Below, one piece after another: positions 8,966 through 17,360 of a stretch of DNA of 46,813 bases. Positions within the stretch are counted from its first letter, which is position 1. Every line of letters begins with the position of its first letter. Both the position numbers and the translations under genes were made by a program. The notes under the pieces are model-generated. The model saw nothing but the letters and a program-made list of their open reading frames with translations, did not search any database and was not told the DNA's origin. The stretch is from Gemmatimonadota bacterium (GTDB lineage: Bacteria; Gemmatimonadota; Gemmatimonadetes; Gemmatimonadales; GWC2-71-9). The DNA lies in NCBI GenBank assembly GCA_039591655.1, contig JBDHDE010000017.1:1-46813 (forward strand), given 5' to 3'.

Positions 8966-9283
8966 TTACAGCGGGAATTGAAACGGTAGCGGCAATCCGC
9001 CGGTGAGTTTCTTCAGCTCGCTGCGGTAGAGCTCATCCGCCTTGCGCTGCGCGTCGCTCACGGCGGCCAGCACGAGGTCCTCCAGCATCTCGATGTCACC
9101 GTCCGCCGCCGCGGCCGGGTCGATGGTGATGCTGCGGACCTGGCCCCGCCCATCGGCGGTGACCTTGACCATGCCACCGCCGGCCGAGCCCGTCACGCTC
9201 TGCTCGGCGAGCTCCGTCTGCATTTGGGTCAGCCGGCCCTGGACCTGCTGACCGAGTTGAAACAACTGCGAGAGATCGGCCAT
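8966..9283 (-). CDS. ybaB: YbaB/EbfC nucleoid-associated protein
   Basis: GSAGGGMVKVTADG, DIEMLEDLVLAAVSDA. Lies between dnaX and recR. Confidence 0.95.
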   Translation of the reverse strand: MADLSQLFQLGQQVQGRLTQMQTELAEQSVTGSAGGGMVKVTADGRGQVRSITIDPAAAADGDIEMLEDLVLAAVSDAQRKADELYRSELKKLTGGLPLPFQFPL

Positions 9284-9330
9284 ATCCCTGTCAATCCAAG
9301 AGTTACGCGTCCAACGGCCCTCGTCGCTGC

Positions 9331-9359
9331 AAGCTACGTGGGGGACGATAGTGCCGCAA
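9331..9359 (-). promoter_or_regulatory. Putative internal sigma70-type promoter for ybaB-recR-mglBA
   Basis: Minus strand TTGCGG-17 nt-TAGCTT in the dnaX/ybaB gap. Confidence 0.5.
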
Positions 9360-9360
9360 G

Positions 9361-11031
9361 CTACTCGAGTAGCTCCAGATCGAGGGCATCCGCCATCGCG
9401 TCGAGTGCGGCGTCCTGCGACCGGTACTGCTTGAGCCGCTGCTCGCGATCCCCGTCGCGATCCAGGCGCCGGGGCTCCTCGAGGGGCGGCGCCTCGACCG
9501 CCGCCGCGGCCGGACGGTAGCCGATCCGCGCCTGCTTGCCCAGCACCTCCCCGATCGCGGCGGCCAACAGGTCGCGGCTCCGCTCGAGCCCCTCCAGGTG
9601 GACCTCGCTGTCTGAGACGTCGAGGGTCACCTCACTCCCCTGAACCGCCGCGGGGGTGGCGTGGCTCAGCGCCTCCCGCACCATGCGGCGCCGCTTCCCC
9701 ACCGCCTCAACGACGGCCGGCCACGCTTCCACCAGAGCCTCCAGGGTTAGGGGACCCTCCAGCGGCCGTGCTCGCGGCGGGGCGGGCGGGCGCTCCGCTG
9801 CGGGGGCCGGCCCACCTCCCTTAGCTCGATCGCGGCGCGGCGGCGCTGCGGGTGCTGGGTTCCCGGCGGGCGGCGCCGTGCCGCCCCGCAGGGCTGCCAT
9901 CACCTCGTCGAGCTCCACGGTTCGATCGAGCAGCGTCCACTGCAGCAGGAGGGTCTCCACGTGCAGGCGGGCGTGAGGGCTGCGCCGGATGGCCCCCTCG
10001 GCGTCCCGCAGCAGCCTGAGCATGCGCAGCACGTCGCCCTCCCGGTACTGCGGCGCGTGCCGCTCCACGGCCACCCGGAGGGCATCGGTCAGCCCCTCCG
10101 GCTCGCCGCCCAGGATCTTGACGAGCAGCGCGCGCAGGGCCTCCCCGGCCCCACCTATGAACTCCGCCAGGTCCGCTCCCCCCTCCACCAGGCGCGCGAC
10201 GAACGGGAACACATCCTGGCGGCGGCGCTCCGCCACTAGGCCGAGGAGCTCGGCGTAGAGCTCGTCGTCGATCAGGCCCAGGGCGTCGCGCACCCGGGCG
10301 GCGGTGACCGGCCCCTCACCGAAGGCCAGCAGTTGGTCCAGCACGGAGAGCGCGTCGCGCATCCCCCCGTGGGCAACCCGGGCGATCAGCAGCAGGGCGT
10401 CGTCCTCGACCTCGATGCCTTCCTGTGCCGACACGTACTCGAGGCGCTCGATGATGGTGTGGGGACCGAGGCGGCGGAAATCGAAGCGCTGCAGCCGGCT
10501 CATGACCGGGGCGGCGGTATTGGCGATCTTCTGCGGCTCCGTGGTGGCAAACACGAAGACGACCCGGGGCGGCGGCTCCTCCAGGATCTTGAGGAGTGCG
10601 TTCCAGGCCTCCCGGGTGAGCATGTGCGCTTCGTCGATGATGTACACCTTGTGCCGCTCGGGACCGCTGGCGGCATACATCGCCCTCTCGCGCAGATCCC
10701 GGGCGTCGTCGACCCCCCGGTTGCTCGCGGCGTCGATCTCGACGACGTCGAGGTTGGCGGCGCCGGACCAGATGCGCCGGCAGGAGTCGCAGGTACCGCA
10801 GGGCTCGCCCGCGTGGGTCCCCTCCGTCTTCCGCTCCTCGCAATTGAGCGCCATCGCCAGGATGCGCGCCGCGCTGGTCTTGCCCACACCCCGTGGGCCA
10901 GTCAGCAGATAGGCGTGCGCCACTCGGTTCTTGGCCAGCGCGCCGGCGAGCCCAGCCGCGACGTGGGACTGCGCAACCAGATCCGAGAAACGGGTGGGTC
11001 GGTACTTCCGGGCGAGTGCGGTATGGATCAT
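9361..11031 (-). CDS. dnaX: DNA polymerase III subunit gamma/tau
   Basis: LARKYRP, GPRGVGKTS, zinc cysteines, EIDAASNRGVDD, IIDEAHML, LLKILEEPP, GGMRDALS. Confidence 0.98.
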   Translation of the reverse strand: MIHTALARKYRPTRFSDLVAQSHVAAGLAGALAKNRVAHAYLLTGPRGVGKTSAARILAMALNCEERKTEGTHAGEPCGTCDSCRRIWSGAANLDVVEIDAASNRGVDDARDLRERAMYAASGPERHKVYIIDEAHMLTREAWNALLKILEEPPPRVVFVFATTEPQKIANTAAPVMSRLQRFDFRRLGPHTIIERLEYVSAQEGIEVEDDALLLIARVAHGGMRDALSVLDQLLAFGEGPVTAARVRDALGLIDDELYAELLGLVAERRRQDVFPFVARLVEGGADLAEFIGGAGEALRALLVKILGGEPEGLTDALRVAVERHAPQYREGDVLRMLRLLRDAEGAIRRSPHARLHVETLLLQWTLLDRTVELDEVMAALRGGTAPPAGNPAPAAPPRRDRAKGGGPAPAAERPPAPPRARPLEGPLTLEALVEAWPAVVEAVGKRRRMVREALSHATPAAVQGSEVTLDVSDSEVHLEGLERSRDLLAAAIGEVLGKQARIGYRPAAAAVEAPPLEEPRRLDRDGDREQRLKQYRSQDAALDAMADALDLELLE

Positions 11032-11044
11032 GGCAAGGAAGTAA

Positions 11045-11146
11045 GTGCCCCAGGCACCCCGAGGCGACGCGCGACATCGCTTAGCGCTGCTACCTTCACG
11101 GTCCTGACGCGGTTCACGCGCGCGAGCCCCTCGGACCTGGGGCTCC
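11045..11146 (-). ncRNA. ffs: Signal recognition particle RNA (small 4.5S type)
   Basis: Minus strand GCCCCAGG...GTGAACCGCGTCAGGACCGTGAAGGTAGCAGCGC...CCTGGGGC. Has the helix-8 CAGG/AGCA loop and a paired terminal stem, and sits immediately upstream of dnaX. TAGCTT -10-like box at 11149-11154. Confidence 0.93.
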
Positions 11147-11253
11147 GTAAGCTACCCAGCCCGCCCTCCCAACACCACCGGGAAACGGCAAACGGGATAG
11201 GGGAAGCGGTCACCCCGACGCTACGGGAAGGGGGAGGGCCGTTCCCCCCTCCC

Positions 11254-12702
11254 CTATCGATGTCCTCCCCACCGCTGCCAGGTCGAGGGAATGAGCAGCA
11301 CCAGCAGGGTGTAGAACTCCAGCCGCCCCAACAGCATCAGCACCGACAGCACCAGGTGCTCCGGCGCACCCATGAGCCCGTAGTGCGAGGCAGGGCCGAC
11401 GGCGCCGAGCCCCGGGCCGATCGACGACAGCGCCGCGAGGGCAGCGCTCAGGGAGGTCACCAGGTCGACACCCAGCGCGGCAAGCACGAGCGTCCCGACC
11501 CAGTGGGTGAGCACGTAGAGGGCGAGGTACGCCAACACGTTGTGGAGCGCGTCCTGGCGGACGGGACGCCGTCCGAGCTTCGTGACCACCACCGCCCGGG
11601 GATGCAGGATCTTGCGGATCTCGCCGAGCACGTGCTTCACCACCACAGCCGAGCGTACGACCTTGAACCCGCCTCCCGTGGAGCCGCCCATCCCCCCCAC
11701 GAACATCAGGCCGAGGAGCAGCACCTGGCAGACGGCGGGCCACACGGAAAAATCGGCGGTGGCGAAGCCCGTCGTGGTGTGCACCGCGGTCACGTTGAAC
11801 ACCGTGCGGCGCGCCAGCTCCTCACCCCACCCCCCGTCGAACAGCCCCAGGAAGAGGAACACAACCACGTAGCCGGCCCCCAGGGTCGCCACATACCACT
11901 GCCACTCGTGATCGGCCCAGTAGCTGCGCCACCGGCCGGACAGGAAGCGGTAGTGCAGGGTGAAGTTCGTGCCGGCGACCACCATGAAGATCACCGTGAC
12001 CCATTGAATCGCGCCCGAGAACGCGCCGACCGAGGCCGTCCGCGTGGAGAAGCCGCCGGTCGCCAGACAGCTCATGGCGTGGTTCACGGCGTCGAACGCG
12101 GACATCCCCAACAGCAGGTAGATGACGGCCAGCACCGCGGTGAACAGGGCGTAGACCCCCCACAGGAGCCTCGCCGTCTGCGCGATGCGGGGCTTCAGCC
12201 GGTCGCTGGGAATGCCCGGCGCTTCCGCCTGGAACAGCTGCGCCCCGCCCATCCCCAACAGCGGCAGGATCGCCACGCCCAGGACGATGATGCCCATACC
12301 GCCCAACCAGTGCGTGGTGCTGCGCCACAGCATGATGCTGCGTGGCAGCTCCTCGATGGCTGGGAACACGGTGGCGCCGGTGGTGGTGAACCCGGACACC
12401 GACTCGAAGAACGCGGCGGTCGCCGTAGGCACCACCCCGGTGAGCACGAACGGCACGGCGCCCGCCACCACCACCGCGATCCACCCCATCCCCACGACGG
12501 CGATGCCCTCGCGCATGTTGATCGAGTAGCGCTTCGGCGTGAGCCACCAGAGGACGCCACCCACGAGCGCGGTACCGAACATGGCCACGAGCCAGGGCCC
12601 GCCCAGGCCCTCGGTCATGCCGAACACCACGGCGGGCGCCATAGCCGCCGCGGTCCATACCAGGAGCGCCCCGACCAGGTGGAGGACTTCGAGGATGTTC
12701 AC
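11254..12702 (-). CDS. trkH: Trk potassium uptake permease TrkH
   Basis: FFESVSGFTTTGAT, WLGGMGIIV, ATGGFS, TTTGF, GGMGGSTGGGFK, IGPGLG, MLLGRLE. Confidence 0.96.
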   Translation of the reverse strand: MNILEVLHLVGALLVWTAAAMAPAVVFGMTEGLGGPWLVAMFGTALVGGVLWWLTPKRYSINMREGIAVVGMGWIAVVVAGAVPFVLTGVVPTATAAFFESVSGFTTTGATVFPAIEELPRSIMLWRSTTHWLGGMGIIVLGVAILPLLGMGGAQLFQAEAPGIPSDRLKPRIAQTARLLWGVYALFTAVLAVIYLLLGMSAFDAVNHAMSCLATGGFSTRTASVGAFSGAIQWVTVIFMVVAGTNFTLHYRFLSGRWRSYWADHEWQWYVATLGAGYVVVFLFLGLFDGGWGEELARRTVFNVTAVHTTTGFATADFSVWPAVCQVLLLGLMFVGGMGGSTGGGFKVVRSAVVVKHVLGEIRKILHPRAVVVTKLGRRPVRQDALHNVLAYLALYVLTHWVGTLVLAALGVDLVTSLSAALAALSSIGPGLGAVGPASHYGLMGAPEHLVLSVLMLLGRLEFYTLLVLLIPSTWQRWGGHR

Positions 12703-14045
12703 GAAGGGAACAGGGTGCTCACCGCTGGCAGGGCGTCGGGCAGCACGAAGAGGATCGCGGAGTCACCCGCCTCCAGCGTGTCGGTCCCGCGGGGCACGGT
12801 GACCTCGGTGCCCCGCACGATGGCCGCTACGATGGCGCCCTGGGGAAGGTTGGCATCCGCCAGGCGCTTGCCCGCCACGGGCGAGCGCTCCGAGACCTCG
12901 TACGCGATCGCCTCGGCGTCACTCCCCTTGAAGGTGGCCACCCGGGTCACGCTCCCCCGGCGCACGTAGCGCAGGATCGCGTTGGACGCCGACAGCCGCG
13001 GACTCACCGCCGCATCCAAACCGATTCGGCGCGCCAGCGGGATGTAGTCCCGCTTGTTCACCAGGGTTATTACCTGCCTGGCACCGGCCTGCTTCGCCAC
13101 CAGGGACGAGAGGATGTTCTTGTCGTCCCCCTCGGTGAGGGCCACGAACCCGTCTACGCCGCTCACCCCCTCCAGCTCCATGAGCTCCACGTCGGTGGCA
13201 TCGCCGTGGAGCACGAGGGCCCCGTCCAGCTTCTCCGCCAGCTCCTGCGCCCTGACCCGGTCCGCCACCAGCATCGTGACCTGGACCCGGTGCTGGTGCA
13301 GCAGCTGCGCCAGATAGAACGCCTCCACGCTGCCGCCGGCGATCATCACCCGCCGGACCTCGGCCTGCTCATACCCCAACAGCTCGATGGCCCGAGGAAT
13401 CTCGGCCGGCGTCGCCGCCACGTAGATCTGGTCCCCCACCCGGATCTCGGTATCGCCCGTGGGAATGATCGTCTCGCCGTTGCGCTCGATGGCCACGGTG
13501 AGGAGCGGCCGGTCGCCCTCCTCCGCCGCGATCGCCGCCAGCCGGCGGCCGGCGATGGGGGCTTGCTCGGAGACGGTGAACCCCAGCAGCTGCACGGCAC
13601 CGCCCGCGAATACGGCGATGTCGGTGGCGGCGGTGGACTGGAGCAGGCGGACGGTCTCGAGCGCCAGCTCCCGCTCGGGGTTGATCAGCATGTCCACGCC
13701 GAAGACGTCGGGCTTGAGATTCCTGGCGTCCCGGTAGAAGTCGGGGTTCGAGACGCGCGCCACCTTGAAGATGCCGGGGTGGGTTCGGGCGCTCATGCAG
13801 CTGACGAGATTCACCTCGTCGATGTTGGTGACGGCGAGGAGCAGCCCGGCGCGCTTGATCCCGGCACGCTCCAGCACGGCTGGGCTCGTCCCACTCCCCT
13901 CGACTACCGCGACGTCGATGTGGTTGGCGACGTACTCCAACCGGCCGGGCTCGACATCGACGACGACGACGTCGTGCTGCAGGTTGGACAGGCGCTCGGC
14001 GACGTAATACCCCACCTCACCGGCGCCTACGACCACGATGTGCAT
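12699..14045 (-). CDS. trkA: Trk system NAD-binding gating subunit TrkA
   Basis: Two RCK_N/RCK_C pairs (VVGAGEVG, INPE, IAGGS, GDATD, AVSPR). GTGA overlap with trkH. Confidence 0.96.
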   Translation of the reverse strand: MHIVVVGAGEVGYYVAERLSNLQHDVVVVDVEPGRLEYVANHIDVAVVEGSGTSPAVLERAGIKRAGLLLAVTNIDEVNLVSCMSARTHPGIFKVARVSNPDFYRDARNLKPDVFGVDMLINPERELALETVRLLQSTAATDIAVFAGGAVQLLGFTVSEQAPIAGRRLAAIAAEEGDRPLLTVAIERNGETIIPTGDTEIRVGDQIYVAATPAEIPRAIELLGYEQAEVRRVMIAGGSVEAFYLAQLLHQHRVQVTMLVADRVRAQELAEKLDGALVLHGDATDVELMELEGVSGVDGFVALTEGDDKNILSSLVAKQAGARQVITLVNKRDYIPLARRIGLDAAVSPRLSASNAILRYVRRGSVTRVATFKGSDAEAIAYEVSERSPVAGKRLADANLPQGAIVAAIVRGTEVTVPRGTDTLEAGDSAILFVLPDALPAVSTLFPS

Positions 14046-14129
14046 GGCAGCCTTTCTAGCGACAAGCGACGCCCCAATTAGGCACGCGGCGTCGCGTTGG
14101 GCAACACTTGGCCCCGCCGCTGATCCGGT

Positions 14130-15164
14130 TCACTGCAAGACTCGAGCGACGGTCTCCGCCGCCCACAGGACCTCCTCCCGGGAGACGTCGAGATGGGTGA
14201 CCGCCCGCAGCCGGGTGGGGCTGAACGGCACCAGGAGCACCCCGGCCTGCGCGAGCCGGGGCAGCACGGTGTCGACGGTCAGGCCGGCGCCCACCAGGTC
14301 CAGCATGATGATATTGCTGTCCGGCGCCAGCGGCTGCACCGCCGGGTGGCCCTCGAGGTGGCCGGCGAACAGGCGGGCGTTGGCGTGATCCTCCGTGAGA
14401 CGTGACATGTTGTGCTCCAGGGCGTACAGCCCCGCCGCGGCCAGGATGCCCGACTGACGCATCGCGCCGCCCAGCCGCGTGCGCACCTCACGCCCCCGAC
14501 CCATCAGCTCCGCGCTCCCCGCGAGGCAGCTCCCCACGGGGCAGCCCAGCCCCTTGGACAGGCAGGTCATGACGCTGCTCGCGCCCCGGGCCAACCGCGC
14601 GGGCGCCACCGCCTGTGCCGCCGCCGCGTGCCACAGCCGCGCGCCGTCGAGGTGCAGCGGCACCTCCCGCTCCCGGGCCAGCGCAACCAGTCCGTCCCAC
14701 ACATCCACGGGCATCACCTTGCCCCCCGCCGCGTTGTGCGTGTTCTCCGCCGCCACGACGCTCACCCGGGGCACATGGGACGACGCCGGACGAAACGCCT
14801 GCTCGGCGAGCGCGGGCGTCAGCAGACCGTCCGGCGTCGCCACCGGGCGGATCTGGGCACCCGTGAGCCCCGCCACCCCTGCCATCTCGTAGTGCACCAG
14901 GTGGGCCTCGGCCTCGAGAATGACTTCGGTCCCGGCCTCGGCGTGCAGCCAGATGGCGGTCTGGTTGGCCTGGATTCCCGAGGGGAAGAACAGGGCCGCC
15001 TCCATACCCAACAATTCCGCGATCCACGTTTCCAACCGGCCGGTCGTGGGATCGCCGTCGAGCACGTCGTCCCCCACCTCGGCCTCGGCCATGGCGCGGC
15101 GCATGGCCGCCGATGGGCGGGTGACGGTGTCGCTCCGCAGGTCGATCACGCGATCGGGTGCCAT
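14130..15164 (-). CDS. ltaE: Low-specificity L-threonine aldolase
   Basis: DLRSDTVTRP, VGDDV, ENTHN, HLDGARLW, PLP lysine motif CLSKGLG, GGAMRQSG. Confidence 0.93.
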   Translation of the reverse strand: MAPDRVIDLRSDTVTRPSAAMRRAMAEAEVGDDVLDGDPTTGRLETWIAELLGMEAALFFPSGIQANQTAIWLHAEAGTEVILEAEAHLVHYEMAGVAGLTGAQIRPVATPDGLLTPALAEQAFRPASSHVPRVSVVAAENTHNAAGGKVMPVDVWDGLVALAREREVPLHLDGARLWHAAAAQAVAPARLARGASSVMTCLSKGLGCPVGSCLAGSAELMGRGREVRTRLGGAMRQSGILAAAGLYALEHNMSRLTEDHANARLFAGHLEGHPAVQPLAPDSNIIMLDLVGAGLTVDTVLPRLAQAGVLLVPFSPTRLRAVTHLDVSREEVLWAAETVARVLQ

Positions 15165-15214
15165 GCCAGGCCTCCGTCAGGGCCGGGGACGCCGTACGCC
15201 GGCGCCGGGCCCCA

Positions 15215-16072
15215 TCACTCGAGAATGGCGCGCTGCTCCCGCTGCCGGCGCATCAGGTCGTACGTCTCGGCCACTTCCCCACCCAACAGGAAGAGACAGG
15301 ACATGAAATAGAGCCAGACCACGAACAGGAGGAGCGCGATGGCGTTGGCGTTGGAGATCAGCCGATCGATCGTGGCGAACTCCGTCAGGTACAGGCTGAA
15401 CAGCTTCTTCGCGATCTCGAACCCGAGGGAGGCCACAGCCGCCGCCACTACCGCAGTGTCCCACCGCATCAGGCGGGTAGGCGCGATGATGTAGATGATG
15501 AAGAACAGGAACAGGCCCACCAGGTAGGTCGAGATTCCCACCACGAATCGACCGACGAACGGATAGTCCGCCACGATTACGGTGAGGAGCGCATTCGCGG
15601 TGAACATCACCAGCGTCACGATCACCAGGAAGAGGTCCAGCCCCTTTCCGACCAGGTAGGAGCGGGACTCATGCGTATCGAAGATCTCGTTGAGGGCCGA
15701 CCGGACGGCGCTGAAGAACCTGGTAGCGAACCAGACAAAGAGCGGGATACCGTAGATGGTCAGCTCGGCACGGCTGTCCACGACGCCGGTGACCAACTCC
15801 TCGGCGCGCTCCAGGGGGCCCTGCACACCGGTGCCCTGCGGGAGCATCTGGTCGAGCAGCCCGAGGATGTCCGCCATGGCATCCGCGCCGCTGTGCACGA
15901 AGTAGCCCAGCGCGGCAAGCAGCAGCAGGACGAACGGGAGAGCCGCCAGGAGCGCGTCGAACGTGAGCGCGCTCCCCAGAAACAGGATCTGGTCTTCGTA
16001 CGCGCCGATGAACACTCGGCGCAGGAAGCCGAGGGGGGACGAGGCCCACCCTCGGCGCGGGGGGGCACCCAC
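15215..16072 (-). CDS. YihY/virulence factor BrkB family membrane protein
   Basis: Six hydrophobic segments, SALNEIF, C-terminal WLYFMSCLFLLGGE. Start uncertain. Confidence 0.85.
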   Translation of the reverse strand: MGAPPRRGWASSPLGFLRRVFIGAYEDQILFLGSALTFDALLAALPFVLLLLAALGYFVHSGADAMADILGLLDQMLPQGTGVQGPLERAEELVTGVVDSRAELTIYGIPLFVWFATRFFSAVRSALNEIFDTHESRSYLVGKGLDLFLVIVTLVMFTANALLTVIVADYPFVGRFVVGISTYLVGLFLFFIIYIIAPTRLMRWDTAVVAAAVASLGFEIAKKLFSLYLTEFATIDRLISNANAIALLLFVVWLYFMSCLFLLGGEVAETYDLMRRQREQRAILE

Positions 16073-16094
16073 GCCTTATGCCGTGGGGTGCCGC

Positions 16095-16523
16095 CTACGC
16101 CTTCTCGTCCTCGGACTCGTCGCTTCGCCGCGAGCCCCGCGGCGACCGCGAGTCGGCGAGCCGGCGCTCCAGCTCGTCACGCGCGGAGGACACGGCTGCC
16201 TTGCCCGCATCGAGCGCATCCTGGGCGCCGGCGCGCTTGTCCCTGACTGTGCGCCGCGCTGTCTCGAAGCCCTCCTCGAGCCGCTCCTTGGCCCGATCGT
16301 AGCCTTCCTCCACGCGCTCCTGCCAGTCCTCGGCCCGGGTCTGCGCCTCGTCCCTGAGCTGCCGTCCCCGATCCCGGATCACCCGGCGGGTCACCTCACC
16401 GCTCTGGGGAGCGAAGAGCAGGGCCGCACCGGCACCGAGGAGGAGTCCCAGCAGGAACCCGCCAACGCCCCCGCTCGACTTCTCGACGATGATCACCGCT
16501 CCGTCGTCACGCACCTGTGGCAT
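16095..16523 (-). CDS. YtxH domain-containing protein
   Basis: FLLGLLLGAGAALLFAPQSGEVTR followed by a charged helical region. GGAGG RBS before ATG 16523. Confidence 0.88.
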   Translation of the reverse strand: MPQVRDDGAVIIVEKSSGGVGGFLLGLLLGAGAALLFAPQSGEVTRRVIRDRGRQLRDEAQTRAEDWQERVEEGYDRAKERLEEGFETARRTVRDKRAGAQDALDAGKAAVSSARDELERRLADSRSPRGSRRSDESEDEKA

Positions 16524-16558
16524 GGTTCCTCCATGGCCGTACACGGTTGTCCATCTTG

Positions 16559-16587
16559 ATATTACCACCCCCGGGAAACGCCGTCAA
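16559..16587 (-). promoter_or_regulatory. Sigma70-type promoter for ytxH-yihY(-ltaE)
   Basis: Minus strand TTGACG-17 nt-TAATAT with an extended -10 TG. The -35 overlaps the stop codon of the upstream MBL gene. Confidence 0.7.
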
Positions 16588-17360
16588 AACGGCACCGTCA
16601 CCCCGTCGTACGCTGGTGATACCCCCTCCGGGAGCCGGGCTTCCAGGTCGGCGTGGGAGAAGCGGTGGGTGAGGTGGGTGAGAAGCGTGCGGCGCGCCCC
16701 CAATTCGCGGGCGAACTCAACGGCCTCCGGAATCGACAGGTGGGTGGGGTGCGGCCGGTCGAACAGCGCGTTCACCACCAGGACCTCGACCCCCCGCAGC
16801 TGCTCCACGGTGCGGGGCGGCGCGAGCTTCACGTCGGTGAGGTACGCCGCCGGGCCGAAGCGATACCCGAACACCCGGGAGCCGCCGTGGTCGCACTCCA
16901 GGGGGAGCACGGCGACCCCGGCCACCTCGATCTCCCGGCTCGGCTCCACCGCCTCGGGGACGAGCTCCGGCTTGCTGGTCCCCGGCGGCACCTCCACGCG
17001 GTCGTCGAAGATGTACGCGAACCGCCGCTCGAGCCCGGCAATGGTCTCGGCGGGTCCGTACACGGGGATCCGCCCTCGCTTGACGGACATCGCCCGCAGG
17101 TCGTCGATCCCGTGGATGTGGTCGGCGTGATCGTGGGTGTAGAGCACCGCGTCCACGGCACCGATGCCGGCGGCGACGAGCTGCAGCCTCAGCTCCGGCG
17201 GTGTGTCGATCAGGATCCGGATGTCCCCGACCTCCACCACCGCCGCCGTTCTGGTACGTCGGTCCCTCGGGTCGGAGGAGGTGCACACCGCGCAGTCGCA
17301 CCCGATGACGGGAACGCCGAACGACGTCCCCGACCCCAGGACCACCAGGCGGCCCGTCAC
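16584..17360 (-). CDS. MBL-fold metallo-hydrolase, PhnP-like
   Basis: LGSGTSFGVPVIGCDCAVC, THDHADHIHGIDDLR, YLTD, HPTH, THLTH. GTGA overlap with the pyk stop. Confidence 0.9.
   Translation of the reverse strand: MTGRLVVLGSGTSFGVPVIGCDCAVCTSSDPRDRRTRTAAVVEVGDIRILIDTPPELRLQLVAAGIGAVDAVLYTHDHADHIHGIDDLRAMSVKRGRIPVYGPAETIAGLERRFAYIFDDRVEVPPGTSKPELVPEAVEPSREIEVAGVAVLPLECDHGGSRVFGYRFGPAAYLTDVKLAPPRTVEQLRGVEVLVVNALFDRPHPTHLSIPEAVEFARELGARRTLLTHLTHRFSHADLEARLPEGVSPAYDGVTVPF

Noticed and set aside
9361..11031. dnaX programmed frameshift or slippage site
   Set aside because: No A-AAA-AAG or long A-run is visible in the coding strand.
10333..12969. 878-aa plus-strand ORF
   Set aside because: Antisense shadow of dnaX, SRP RNA and trkH. 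It has no recognisable motifs and is expected in high-GC DNA.
14046..14129. c-di-AMP (ydaO) riboswitch before trkA
   Set aside because: The gap is only 84 nt with one 8-bp inverted repeat, and the conserved riboswitch motifs are absent.
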